From positions 62,001 through 126,000 of the forward strand of contig VRVR01000007.1 in assembly GCA_009859145.1 (NCBI GenBank): a DNA stretch of 64,000 nucleotides, read 5' to 3'. The stretch's first letter is position 1, and the number at the start of each line of letters is the position of its first letter. Made by a program: the position numbers and the translations under genes. The DNA comes from Andalucia godoyi And28 (lineage: Eukaryota > Protista > Jakobida). Positions 54,770-64,000 of the stretch are shown here, in pieces. Under the pieces are notes generated by a model that saw only the letters and a list, made by a program, of their open reading frames with translations, searched no databases and had not been told where the DNA came from.

Positions 54770-57160
54770 TTAAGAATCGGCATTTTTTCTCTTCTTCTTT
54801 GTCAGCCTTGCTAACTTGTCCATCAGAGCGTCCAACTCGGCTCTACACTGATCGAGCTCTACTTGCTTTCTTTGGAGTTGAATTTCAAACTTTTTCTTCG
54901 CGACTTCAGCCTCCATAGTCGCCATTTGCCGTATCTCCTCCATGGCTTTGGATGTGCTCTCGTGACGTTGTCGAATCTGTGTCTCCATTGCGGATATCTT
55001 CGACATCATGATCAAGATCTGAGACTGCTCCGAATTCAAGTCTTTCTGGCCAAGGATATCCTGCGGTCGCGCCGCAAGTTGCTGCATCACTTGCTGTATT
55101 GCTCTCGTATTCTCTTGTGAATCCTGCGCATATTGCTTGAAAGATGCTTCGTACTCGCGCCGGAGATTACGACACGTTTCCTGGCACTGCATCTCCTTTT
55201 CACGAATCTGCCTGGACGCATCCAGTTGGATTTCCGTCGTCCTCTTTTCCCGCTCAACCAACAACGCCGAAATGCGGTCCGCTTCGCCTTGCAGCTGTTG
55301 GATTTCATAGCGTGCACGCTTCAGTTCTTCAAGGAGTTCCATTTCCCGATAACGCGAATGGTCATTTACGCGTCGTCCATTCTCCGCTCCAGAAATGATC
55401 GTCAGACGCGGAGCTTCCGCTTCCGTCTCTTCCGTCTGCACTCCCTCGGATACTCCCACAGGCTTCGCTGGAGAAAGCGAACTCGGTGAGGCACCAGAAC
55501 TCCCACTCACAGAATCCTTGGCAGGGGTCGATGGAGCATGTTTTTTCTTGCTCTGCAACGCAAGGTGGGCATCTTTCTGTCGAACGTCCTCTTCCAATAC
55601 GGAAACCTTCTTTTGGTAGCCGTCTTGCATTCGCTTGAAGTCCACCTGCAACGCCCGGATCTTGGACTCGAATGTTTCTTGCAAATTCAGCTTCTCTCGC
55701 TGCAGATTCTCAACTGTCTTTTCGAGGTCGCGAACTCGATCGGATTCGAGCGCTGGTTTTGTGGCTTCGATGAGCTGCAGAATCTTGTCCTCCTTGCCAC
55801 CAACCTTTTTCTTCGCTGCGGATGATGCAGCACCGGCGGCGGCGGTTGCAGCGTTCGTTGGTTTCTTACCAGACACAGTCTCCTTCTTCGATGGCACAGT
55901 CATCGGCCGCCCAGCAGCAGTACTCCCAGTTCCTGCAGGCATCACAGCCTGTCGCAGAGTCTGCAGCTCCTTCTCCTTTTCCTCGGACCAGTCGGCTTGT
56001 TCCTGCCAGAACTCGGCCTTCTCTCTCAACGCGGAGAGCTCTTTTTCCAGAGCGGATCTGGACGCCGTGAGTTTGTCGATGATCTCCCTCAGTGCAGCAG
56101 AATCGTCCTTCTTATTGCTGGCATTTGCAGAGACAACAGCAGTTTTCACGAGCTGGCGACGCTCCTCTCGCAAATGATCAACCTCCCGTCTTTGTTCCTC
56201 CAGAGTCGAGCGAACGATCGAGAGTTCAGTGGTCAAATCTGCTATCCTATGCTTAGAAATTTCAAGTTCGCTGTCCACGGGAACCTGCACCAGTCCGCTC
56301 TCTGAACGAACGCGCTGCACTGTTGACAGCAACTCTTGTTCTCTTACTTGAAACTGCTGCTTCGCAGCTTTCATTTCCTCCACAAGCGACTCGTTTGTTT
56401 TTTGAAATCCAACAAGCAACCTTTCTTGATGATACATTTCTCTCTTCACGAGCTCCAGCAACTCGGAGGGAACATGCGGCTGTAATTTTCCAATCAATCC
56501 CTCGAACCGCTCTTTCAATGTCTGCTCGTCCACCACCACAGACGAGATGCTATCTATGCCGCCACCCTCTATGGACCTCTGAACGCGCCTCTTCTTTTCT
56601 TCCTCTAGAGCAAGCGTCAGAGCCTCCACCTTCTTCAGCAACTCGTACTTCTCCGCATCGAAGCTCCTAGACCCCGGATTTGACTTCATCGACATTCGCA
56701 TCGTGTTTTCCCATTCCCTTGCGTAGTTGACCAAATCCTCGTCATCATGACTCCCATTCGATTTCCCCATAATCATCTGAGAAAGAGAGCCTGCTGCCAA
56801 CTCCTGCGTCGTCACAAGCGGAAGCTGCTGTGTATTCGACGACACCGACGAAACATCAAAGGAAACCCGCGAATCTGTTGACTTGTACAATTTCCCATTC
56901 CCATTTCCAGACGCAGTCGCATGCATCGGCCTTTCACGGTCCACCGAGCTTGGAACTGCATTTGCTCCAATCAAAGAAGGGCTTGAATCCATAGACGCCG
57001 CAATTACAACTACCGTTCCTTCATCATTAGTGTGCATCGATCGAGACTTTTCAAGCTTGTCAAAAAACATCTTCTTGTCCAGCTCATCGCCATCCGAAGA
57101 ACCATACAAGAGCGCTTTCAGCCTCTCATCGTCCAAGGACACTGTCGGTGACCCACTCAT
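54770..57160 (-). CDS. Coiled-coil centrosomal protein, CEP162-like
   Basis: 796 aa; N-terminal K.FF..LEK, QE.LL.GFQ..NE.L and C-terminal ELD..R.ELD.L segments recall CEP162/QN1. Confidence 0.55.
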   Translation of the reverse strand: MSGSPTVSLDDERLKALLYGSSDGDELDKKMFFDKLEKSRSMHTNDEGTVVVIAASMDSSPSLIGANAVPSSVDRERPMHATASGNGNGKLYKSTDSRVSFDVSSVSSNTQQLPLVTTQELAAGSLSQMIMGKSNGSHDDEDLVNYAREWENTMRMSMKSNPGSRSFDAEKYELLKKVEALTLALEEEKKRRVQRSIEGGGIDSISSVVVDEQTLKERFEGLIGKLQPHVPSELLELVKREMYHQERLLVGFQKTNESLVEEMKAAKQQFQVREQELLSTVQRVRSESGLVQVPVDSELEISKHRIADLTTELSIVRSTLEEQRREVDHLREERRQLVKTAVVSANASNKKDDSAALREIIDKLTASRSALEKELSALREKAEFWQEQADWSEEKEKELQTLRQAVMPAGTGSTAAGRPMTVPSKKETVSGKKPTNAATAAAGAASSAAKKKVGGKEDKILQLIEATKPALESDRVRDLEKTVENLQREKLNLQETFESKIRALQVDFKRMQDGYQKKVSVLEEDVRQKDAHLALQSKKKHAPSTPAKDSVSGSSGASPSSLSPAKPVGVSEGVQTEETEAEAPRLTIISGAENGRRVNDHSRYREMELLEELKRARYEIQQLQGEADRISALLVEREKRTTEIQLDASRQIREKEMQCQETCRNLRREYEASFKQYAQDSQENTRAIQQVMQQLAARPQDILGQKDLNSEQSQILIMMSKISAMETQIRQRHESTSKAMEEIRQMATMEAEVAKKKFEIQLQRKQVELDQCRAELDALMDKLARLTKKKRKNADS

Positions 57161-57634
57161 GTATTATAATTACTGTTGTTGTTCTGGTTTCTTTTCTTTT
57201 CTTGTTTGTTTGTTTGTTTGTTTTTCCCTCCGAAATTTCCTCTTGCAGAACCAGAATAAGGAAAAGTAAACTCCAGTGCTCTCTCTTTTTCTTTTTTCCG
57301 TATCGTGAATCGCTTCGTTTGGCGCTTCGTTGGCTGAAAGAAGGGGGGGTTAAAAGAGAGGAGAGAAGTATACTTGACGTTTGGTAATATAAACAACAAG
57401 TTAACAAAGACGAAAAAACGGGTAATGTCGGTCGACCTTTAGAAGTCCGTTTCAAAAAGCCTTTTCAAGCTTCCCGCCAAAGACCGATTGAGCCCGACAA
57501 GTGTCGACAGCGCAAGCTCATCTACAGTCGTCAAGCGAAAAAACACAGCAATAATGTTTTGAGCGTGCGGGGGCGCGGGATGTGGATGGCCAAAGATATT
57601 GCATCCATGATCCACCGATGCCAGCACCGGAAAC

Positions 57635-58387
57635 CTATTCGAGAACAGTGGCCTTAAAAGCAGCTCTCCCGTTCGAGAATAACGGATGGGCGCCTGCCCA
57701 TCTCTGAAAGGCGTGCTCTTCTCCATACCTTTTCACCAACTTGCGATATGCTGTCTTTTCACTGTACGGCCCAGTCAGTGCACTTGCCTGCTGGACTAGC
57801 ACAAAGGTATGCAAAATGACTTTCCACCCAATCAAAGGGACAGCAATGGTCTGGACCGCGCGCTTCGGATCCCTGTTGAGCACCAGCGCAGAAAGATACG
57901 CCCCGCATACTATGGCTGACGGTATCGCAAACTGGTGGATGGCCGACAGGACTCGTTCTCGAGGCTCGATGGTGCGCTTCACAAACCGAACATCTCCACA
58001 TGTGTCATCCATAATGAAGCCTTCTGTGGGTCCGTACATCAACTTCCGCACTCGGAGAGACCCAATGTCCACAGCCGCCATCGCCGCCATCGCCGCCGAA
58101 GCTGCCACCGACGGTAGAATGTGCCGCTGGGAGGCTACGTAAGCACCTGCGAAACCAACGGTTGCTGCAAGCATTGGGAACAGCGGTTGGGACAGAACGT
58201 ACTGAAACCCCACGTTGACTATTTCGTAAGGGGACTGAAAAAATCTGGTTTTGAACGGGTTTTGAAAAGACGACTGATAATCAGCATCTTGCTGGAAAAA
58301 AGAGTCTGCGAACTGCATTGCTGCGGACGCAATTGGATGCATCCCGAACAATGCAATTGTCCCGAGTAACAATGGACCCGCCTTCAT
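57635..58387 (-). CDS. Hypothetical membrane protein
   Basis: 250-aa ATG-initiated ORF with signal-like N-terminus and 3-4 hydrophobic segments; no family recognised. Confidence 0.6.
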   Translation of the reverse strand: MKAGPLLLGTIALFGMHPIASAAMQFADSFFQQDADYQSSFQNPFKTRFFQSPYEIVNVGFQYVLSQPLFPMLAATVGFAGAYVASQRHILPSVAASAAMAAMAAVDIGSLRVRKLMYGPTEGFIMDDTCGDVRFVKRTIEPRERVLSAIHQFAIPSAIVCGAYLSALVLNRDPKRAVQTIAVPLIGWKVILHTFVLVQQASALTGPYSEKTAYRKLVKRYGEEHAFQRWAGAHPLFSNGRAAFKATVLE

Positions 58388-58801
58388 TCATGTACAACCT
58401 GCAGCCAATTTGTAATCACCAATCAAGATTCCTATCCTTTGCGTACACACACTGCACTACTCTACACTACAAGCCAGGACGATAGAAAACACTCACAAGT
58501 TAAAACGGGAATCGAAAGAAGAAGAAGAAAAGAAAGAAGAAAAACATCGCTGACAAGCAAAGAAAAACCTGCGACTGTGCAACACACATTCTTTGATCGT
58601 TCGGTTTGGCGGTCGTAAGGACGAAACCCAAATTCTCTCGTTTGTCGAAAACTGGAAAGAAGAACACAGCAAACAGGTTTGTTGAATATCTTTCGATGAC
58701 TGTCTTTCTTTTCCTTCCTTCTTATTTTCTTTTATGTATATCTATATATATTTTCCTTTCCCTTTTCTTCCTTTTCTTCCTTTCCTTTTCTTCTCTAAAG
58801 G

Positions 58802-61750
58802 ATGCACATTACTCAGTTTTTGGTTGAGTGTGGATATACAGCAACCACTGATCCGTCATCAGTTCGTGTATTGAAAGTACCTCCTTATTCAAGTATGTCT
58901 CTCTTTGCTCATTCGCTCCTCACTGCCGTGTTTCCTTCCATTCGCAGAAATAGTCTATCTCACAATGACGTCATGTATTGTTTTGTGCAAGGCTTCGATC
59001 GCATCCCGTATTTTCTGGCGCAGTTTGTGAACTTGCAGAAACTTGAGATCCAGAATGTCAGACTCGAATCACTAGAGAATTTTCCGGCGTTTCAGCATCT
59101 GATATGTCTGCAGATTACAAAAACACGTATCCGGGATATCTCCATCTTATCGAACGTCACTTCTCTCCAAGAACTGGTTCTGGTATGTTTTTTTTTTTTT
59201 TTTGTGTTGCTGTTGTTGTTGTTGCTGTTTCAAATTTGTATTTGCTGTCTCTTTGCGTTTGGTTTTGGATTTGCGAGTCTTTCATGGAATGCACTAGTAT
59301 TTGATCGCGACTAACATGATTTTGCAACTATGCACTTAAATATATACCAATGTAGGATGGGAACGGTCGGCTGCAGTGCCTAGCATACGCGGGACTCCAT
59401 AAGCTTCAGAATTTGGTTCGATTGTCGCTGGTGGGATGCGCCATTGAGAGTTTGTTTCATATTGGAGAAGAGCTGTCACGAATTCCAAACATTCGGATTC
59501 TGCGCATTGTTTCTTCAGAAAGAGAGCTCAGGCCTCTGCTGAACCGCCAGCTGGAAGAAGAGGATCAAGAAATTTCCGGTGGTGTGCTGCGTCGATTGTA
59601 TGATGCTGTGCTTACTCGCATCTCTTTTTTCTTTTTCTTTTTCTTTTTTTTTTTTTTGTGGCTTGCTTGCGTTTTGACCGAGTGAATCAATGATTGATTT
59701 CTAATACGTTCCTTTGCGTAGCGGTGCTTTGCTTCCTGGATTCCGATCGATGTTGGCGAGACATGGTCGTGGTGCTGCTGCTGCTGCTCCGCACAGTTCG
59801 AGACCGGTTTCGCCGGCAGCACTCTCATCTGTGACCGACGATCAACAGCAGCTTGTTAGTTTTCGGGAGGTTCGTTCTGCAGATGGCAGTATTGTTTTCA
59901 GGGATGCGGAGACTCGAGCTTCGGATGTGCGGTCGCGACCTTTGACGGGGTTGATTTCAGGGGACTCGCAGCCATTTACCAACCTGTTCCAGCCGAGATC
60001 CGTAGCACAGGCACGCCAAGTGGTTGTGGGCGCAGAAGGGGATGATGATGCGGACGAGGATGCGGATGATCCTGATTTCCGTGCAGATGACTACGACGAT
60101 GAGTATGAGCCTGTGGATGAAGAAGATTCAGATCTTGTCATGTCGGAGCAAGATGACGAGGACGATGCGGATGGAATTCTTGGGATCTCTCCAGCAGGCT
60201 ACGATGAGCGGAATCCATGTCAGAACTACCCCCACTATCGCGCCTATCTGTTGAAAAGAATACCTCAGTTACATGTGCTGGATGGTATTCCTGTTTCGAA
60301 AGAGGAATTGATGGAAGCAGCGGCGTGTTTCGAAGAGAATTTTGCAGGCACGGTCCCAGGATGTGGTCCCCGGCAGTACCTGGACAGCATACTTGGGATC
60401 CTTCGTCACCGAATGGATGGAGTGCAATATCACAATGTCCGTACTGTTGTTGCTTCTGTGGAAAAGAGTGGTCTGTATCCGCGTCTTCGAACAATTACTC
60501 CTGCTGGATCCTGCCCTCGACAGTTTGAGTACCATCCGACCATTCCTTCCCGCATCGCCTGTGGAACGTTGGAGGGGGATCTTTTGTTGCTGAATGTGGA
60601 TGGCGAAGGATCGCACAACGTAATTGGTAGGTCGTCCATGAATGCGGTTCTGGATCGTTCCATGCCGGCGCGTGGGCAAAGAAGAAAGGCCGTGCTGGGC
60701 ATTTATTGGATGCGTAATGATCCCGGTCGCTTTCTGGCAGGGGCGGATAATGGTGATGTCGTCATGTTTGACGCGGCAAAGATGCAGACGGGGGCGATGA
60801 GTGTGGTTGCGTCGTATCCGCCGGTAAATACACTCACCTCGCTGCATGGAAATAGTACCGATGCAAAGTTCGTCTCATCGGGATACGACAAGAACGTTTA
60901 CCTCTTTGATTTTGAACGGCCGACGGTTCCGAGAATCTTGCCAAATCTTCATAACGAGCATATCAATGTCGTCAAATTCTCTTACACAAATCCTAATATG
61001 CTGCTGACGTCTTCCTTTGATGAATCGGTGAAGTTGTGGGATATTCGTACGCAATGCAGCGTTCCTCTGTGGTCCTACAAGATTCCCAACTCGTCACCGG
61101 TTGTCATGGCGTGTTTCTCTCCGAATGACAAGATGGTTTTGGCTTGCGGTGTGGATAATAACGTCGTCCAAATAGACGCACCCACCGGGCGTCCGAACTT
61201 GTTTTTCAATGCTCCTCAACGGCGGCTGTCTGATAATTACACCCGCGCATACTACATGAACGGAGGAGAATTTGTTATTATTGGATCCTCACAAGAATCT
61301 TGCATCCGATGCTTCGACGCAACCAATGGGAAGTTTGTGCGCGAGTTTGACTTTCCCGACTCCGTCCTCGGTAGTCCTGTTTGTATGTATTTATTCATTT
61401 ATTTTTGGGCTTATTTTCCGTAGTGTTATTCTCATTATACATTCTTGTTTTTCATTGTTGTTTCTCACTCACATTCTTTCGTTGTCGCCAGTTATCCAAT
61501 CTCTTCGCGGTGATACTCTTCAAGACTTTAGATTCACTGCATTGCTCTTTTCGTATGTATTTCTTGCACTTTTCTTCTGTTCGCTCTCTGTTTTGCGCGC
61601 ACATATGAGATTCAGAATTCTAATTGATGTGACCTGTTGCTCGATCGACTCAGGAGGACTGATCAATTCCGGCAAACGTCCTGCTTGGTCGAGGTCGATA
61701 TGCTTGTTCGATGTGACCAGGATTATCGACGAACGGACAGCTATATGTAG
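58802..61750 (+). CDS. LRR plus WD40 protein resembling plant DHU1 (putative DDB1/CUL4 substrate receptor); about 5 exons
   Basis: LRR exons 58802-59182 and from 59356; NP....P.YR.Y LRR cap; PRQFEYHP, H..HINVVKF, YTRAYYMNG, QSLRGD; last exon 61654-61750 joined via GT-AG in frame; intron positions partly inferred. Confidence 0.75.
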
Positions 61751-61864
61751 GCCAAGGAAGGAGGTACTATACGAAGAAATACAAATGGGTAAAACGAGGC
61801 ACTGTATAGCAGATTATCGGCCTAGATTGATTTTGTACACGACGACAAACAACATGAATGATTT

Positions 61865-62791
61865 CTACACCTGCGAAGACATGTCGTTTCTGTCCAAGAG
61901 CGGGATGTCAATTGCCTGTGACGGACCCCCTCGGATTCCGACGTCCTTGGTGGCCACTTGCGTCTTCTTTCTTTTCCGCAGCCAAACAAGGGCGACAAAG
62001 CACACAAATGCTTCAAATACGATGTTAAACGACAGGATGATGGAATACTGCTCAGTCGGCGTGAGACTCTCATACAGAATATTCACAACGAATCCAACGA
62101 CACTTCGAAACAAAAAAGAAAGCGTGCAAAAATATGCAATCCCTCGAAGCTTTTTCTTGAGAGACTCCTTTGGTGCCGAGTCGAGCGACGGTTGGATTCC
62201 GAAACAGCGATCCGTATCCTTCGTTAATTTGGAAATCTTGACTATGTACAAGTGGGCTCCAAGCAGCGCAATTGCCAGGAACAGCGAGAGAATGGGCATG
62301 ATCACTGTCCACGGAAGATTGGGAACAAGGCCATTTGGAGAGTAATCGCAGAAGTAAAAGAGCACATTGAACACAACAATGAGAATCGGACACACAATCC
62401 ACAGGGCTACCGAGCGAATTCGTGCAATTCCCTTCTGGTTCACAAGCGCCGATTCGATCCACAAGCAGGCAAACCCCGTGAATGACGCTAACAGTGAGAC
62501 CGAAGACACAGACTGCAAGAACAAATGCAGTATTCGTGCTGGTTGATTCGCCGGATCAAAGAAAGAAATGCGATACACGACAAGATCGACCAATCGAAAC
62601 CCCAGTGCGCTCAGCATTATGCATACATTCTGCAACCGCAGTCTGTGAAATCTGCGTCCCCGATATGAATTTGGCTTTTTTTCAGTCACATATTGCAAAA
62701 TAATCCGTGCATTCAGCACCGAAACGCCTGCAAACACAACAAACGACGTCATCAGCAAAAACCACTCCAAAACCACATCTCCACTCACCAT
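61865..62791 (-). CDS. Seven-transmembrane hypothetical protein (GPCR-like / THH1-TOM1-like topology)
   Basis: ~308 aa from MVSGDVV with about seven hydrophobic helices and a basic C-terminal tail. Confidence 0.75.
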   Translation of the reverse strand: MVSGDVVLEWFLLMTSFVVFAGVSVLNARIILQYVTEKKPNSYRGRRFHRLRLQNVCIMLSALGFRLVDLVVYRISFFDPANQPARILHLFLQSVSSVSLLASFTGFACLWIESALVNQKGIARIRSVALWIVCPILIVVFNVLFYFCDYSPNGLVPNLPWTVIMPILSLFLAIALLGAHLYIVKISKLTKDTDRCFGIQPSLDSAPKESLKKKLRGIAYFCTLSFLFRSVVGFVVNILYESLTPTEQYSIILSFNIVFEAFVCFVALVWLRKRKKTQVATKDVGIRGGPSQAIDIPLLDRNDMSSQV

Positions 62792-62944
62792 CGCTATCCT
62801 GGTACGCTGGATCACCAAAAAACCAAAAAAAAAAAAAACAAACAGGCAGCATGCACTTGTGTGCGTATGGTAGCTTGCAAGTGGAGGGTTCAGGCACACA
62901 TGCTCGCAAGTCGTAACTCGGAGCCTACCCGATAGCAAAATAAC

Positions 62945-63530
62945 AGTACTATCCTCCAACCCAAACCTCTCTCCAAACATTTGGCTCGCATACTGCGCCT
63001 CAAACAGATTTATTTGGCGTAAAGTGACTTTTACACTCCGCATCAGCGCCCATCCAATGAGTTCCCCTTTTGAGTGGGACATCCGTGGTGTCTGCGCACC
63101 CCAAAACAGAAACAACCTATGTTTTCGTTCAGAGCTCTCGAATGGATCAATTAGTGCATTCGTTAGAACCATTTGGACCCTCGGAACCAGGAGAAAATCA
63201 GGGATTTCGACGAGCTTCATTTATTGCCATTCCGCATTTTTAATCCACTTGTTCTCTCTCTCTCTCGATCTTTCATTCTCTGTTTTCAATCGAGCGGATA
63301 TTGCATTGATTGTTGATTGGCAATGGAGTGCGCCACAGAGAGAGAGGCTGCGGCGGAGGAAGCTACTGCCTAAAGAGCCAGAAAGAACCGTCGCGGAGGA
63401 ATCATCGATTACAAAGGAATGCGGCTGTCAATATTCGACAGTGTCTCTCATTGGGTCTCGACCTGCACACCTTCAGCCGTACTATCCGACGATATATCAC
63501 AGCCGTCCACCAGACGTTTGGGTTGCTGGG
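62945..63530 (-). mobile_element. Dispersed repeat family A, copy A3 (longer, divergent, ~586 bp)
   Basis: Colinear with A1/A2; same AGTACT-..CCTCCAACCCAAA end and TTTGGGTTG..GGG-TTA end; two extra internal segments (~55 nt near 62995-63050 and ~33 nt near 63355-63390) missing from A1/A2. Confidence 0.85.
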
Positions 63531-63871
63531 TTATTTTATATTATGCACTTGCGGACCGGTTTCCCCCCATTCTTTCATGCAACTTTATTCCCCACTGTAA
63601 CGGCGCTTCCGCCACTTGACGTGTCAATCGAAACTTTTCCCGTTCAGTTTTTTTTTTTACCTAGTCCATTCTTCTTCTGAAGTGCGTCTTTTGTGTGGAC
63701 TGTTCTCATTTTTCATTCTCATTTTCTGTTGTTATCAATTTAAACGTCAATCGCAACAACAACAACAACAACACCAACAACAAGAGGAAGAAGAATTATA
63801 ATTATAATCATTAGAGGGGAAAGGATCGAAAGAACAAGCCTGGCTATGACGAATAGCGAAGTATCGTGACG

Positions 63872-64000
63872 ATGACAGACGCGCGAAAAATTGGAATTTT
63901 GAAGAGAGTTTTCCAAGCTGAGTCTATATTCGGTATGGTATTTTTTCAAGAGTTTACTCCCATTATTGCTGTGGTTGCCACTGTCATCATCGTTTTAAAT
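63872..64000 (+). CDS. Possible start of a membrane protein running off the window
   Basis: ATG-initiated open frame MTDARKIGILKRVFQAESIFGMVFFQEFTPIIAVVATVIIVLN to the window end. Confidence 0.35.
   Translation, partial: MTDARKIGILKRVFQAESIFGMVFFQEFTPIIAVVATVIIVLN

Noticed and set aside
57439-57726. Second ORF, or TAG read-through, after the 57635-58387 gene
   Set aside because: No recognisable domain, and the TAG-GTT context is not a known read-through signal; most likely 3' UTR
61272-62345. 357-aa plus-strand ORF
   Set aside because: Composite of intron/exon pieces of the LRR-WD40 gene and the antisense of the 7TM gene
1-64000. rRNA, tRNA, CRISPR arrays, intact transposase or intact Fanzor ORF, non-standard genetic code
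   Set aside because: None seen by eye; long genes end at TAA, TAG or TGA and read through normally under the standard code; a tRNAscan/Infernal run would be needed to exclude small RNAs

Overview
Eukaryotic nuclear DNA from a compact, intron-poor microbial eukaryote using the standard genetic code. It is flagellated (IQCA1/DRC11, BBS6-like, CEP162-like genes) and makes sterols (SMT1/ERG6); I cannot name the species. About 26 protein-coding genes are tightly packed. I found no rRNA, tRNA or CRISPR array. The interesting signal is in the spacers. (1) Two ~90%-identical inverted copies (10795-11398 and 43673-44230) of a ~0.6-kb element keep a TnpB/Fanzor2-type N-terminal helix motif fused directly to the RuvC-III motif (IDRDxNGARNIYLK). 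They end in conserved hairpins and have matching ends (ACCG on the left, GGCG on the right). This is what a non-autonomous, omegaRNA-carrying IS607/Fanzor2 'ghost' element would look like. (2) Several more degraded intergenic stretches read as Fanzor/TnpB relics (24405-25090, 36860-37440, 5400-5612, 16389-16646). (3) A three-copy TIR-bounded MITE-like family is present; two copies look essentially identical and its longest copy may also derive from a Fanzor1 ORF. (4) There is a broken hAT transposase and a possible Tc1/IS630 fragment. No intact Fanzor or transposase ORF is in the window. All Fanzor motif assignments rest on by-eye comparison with remembered family motifs and need HMM confirmation.
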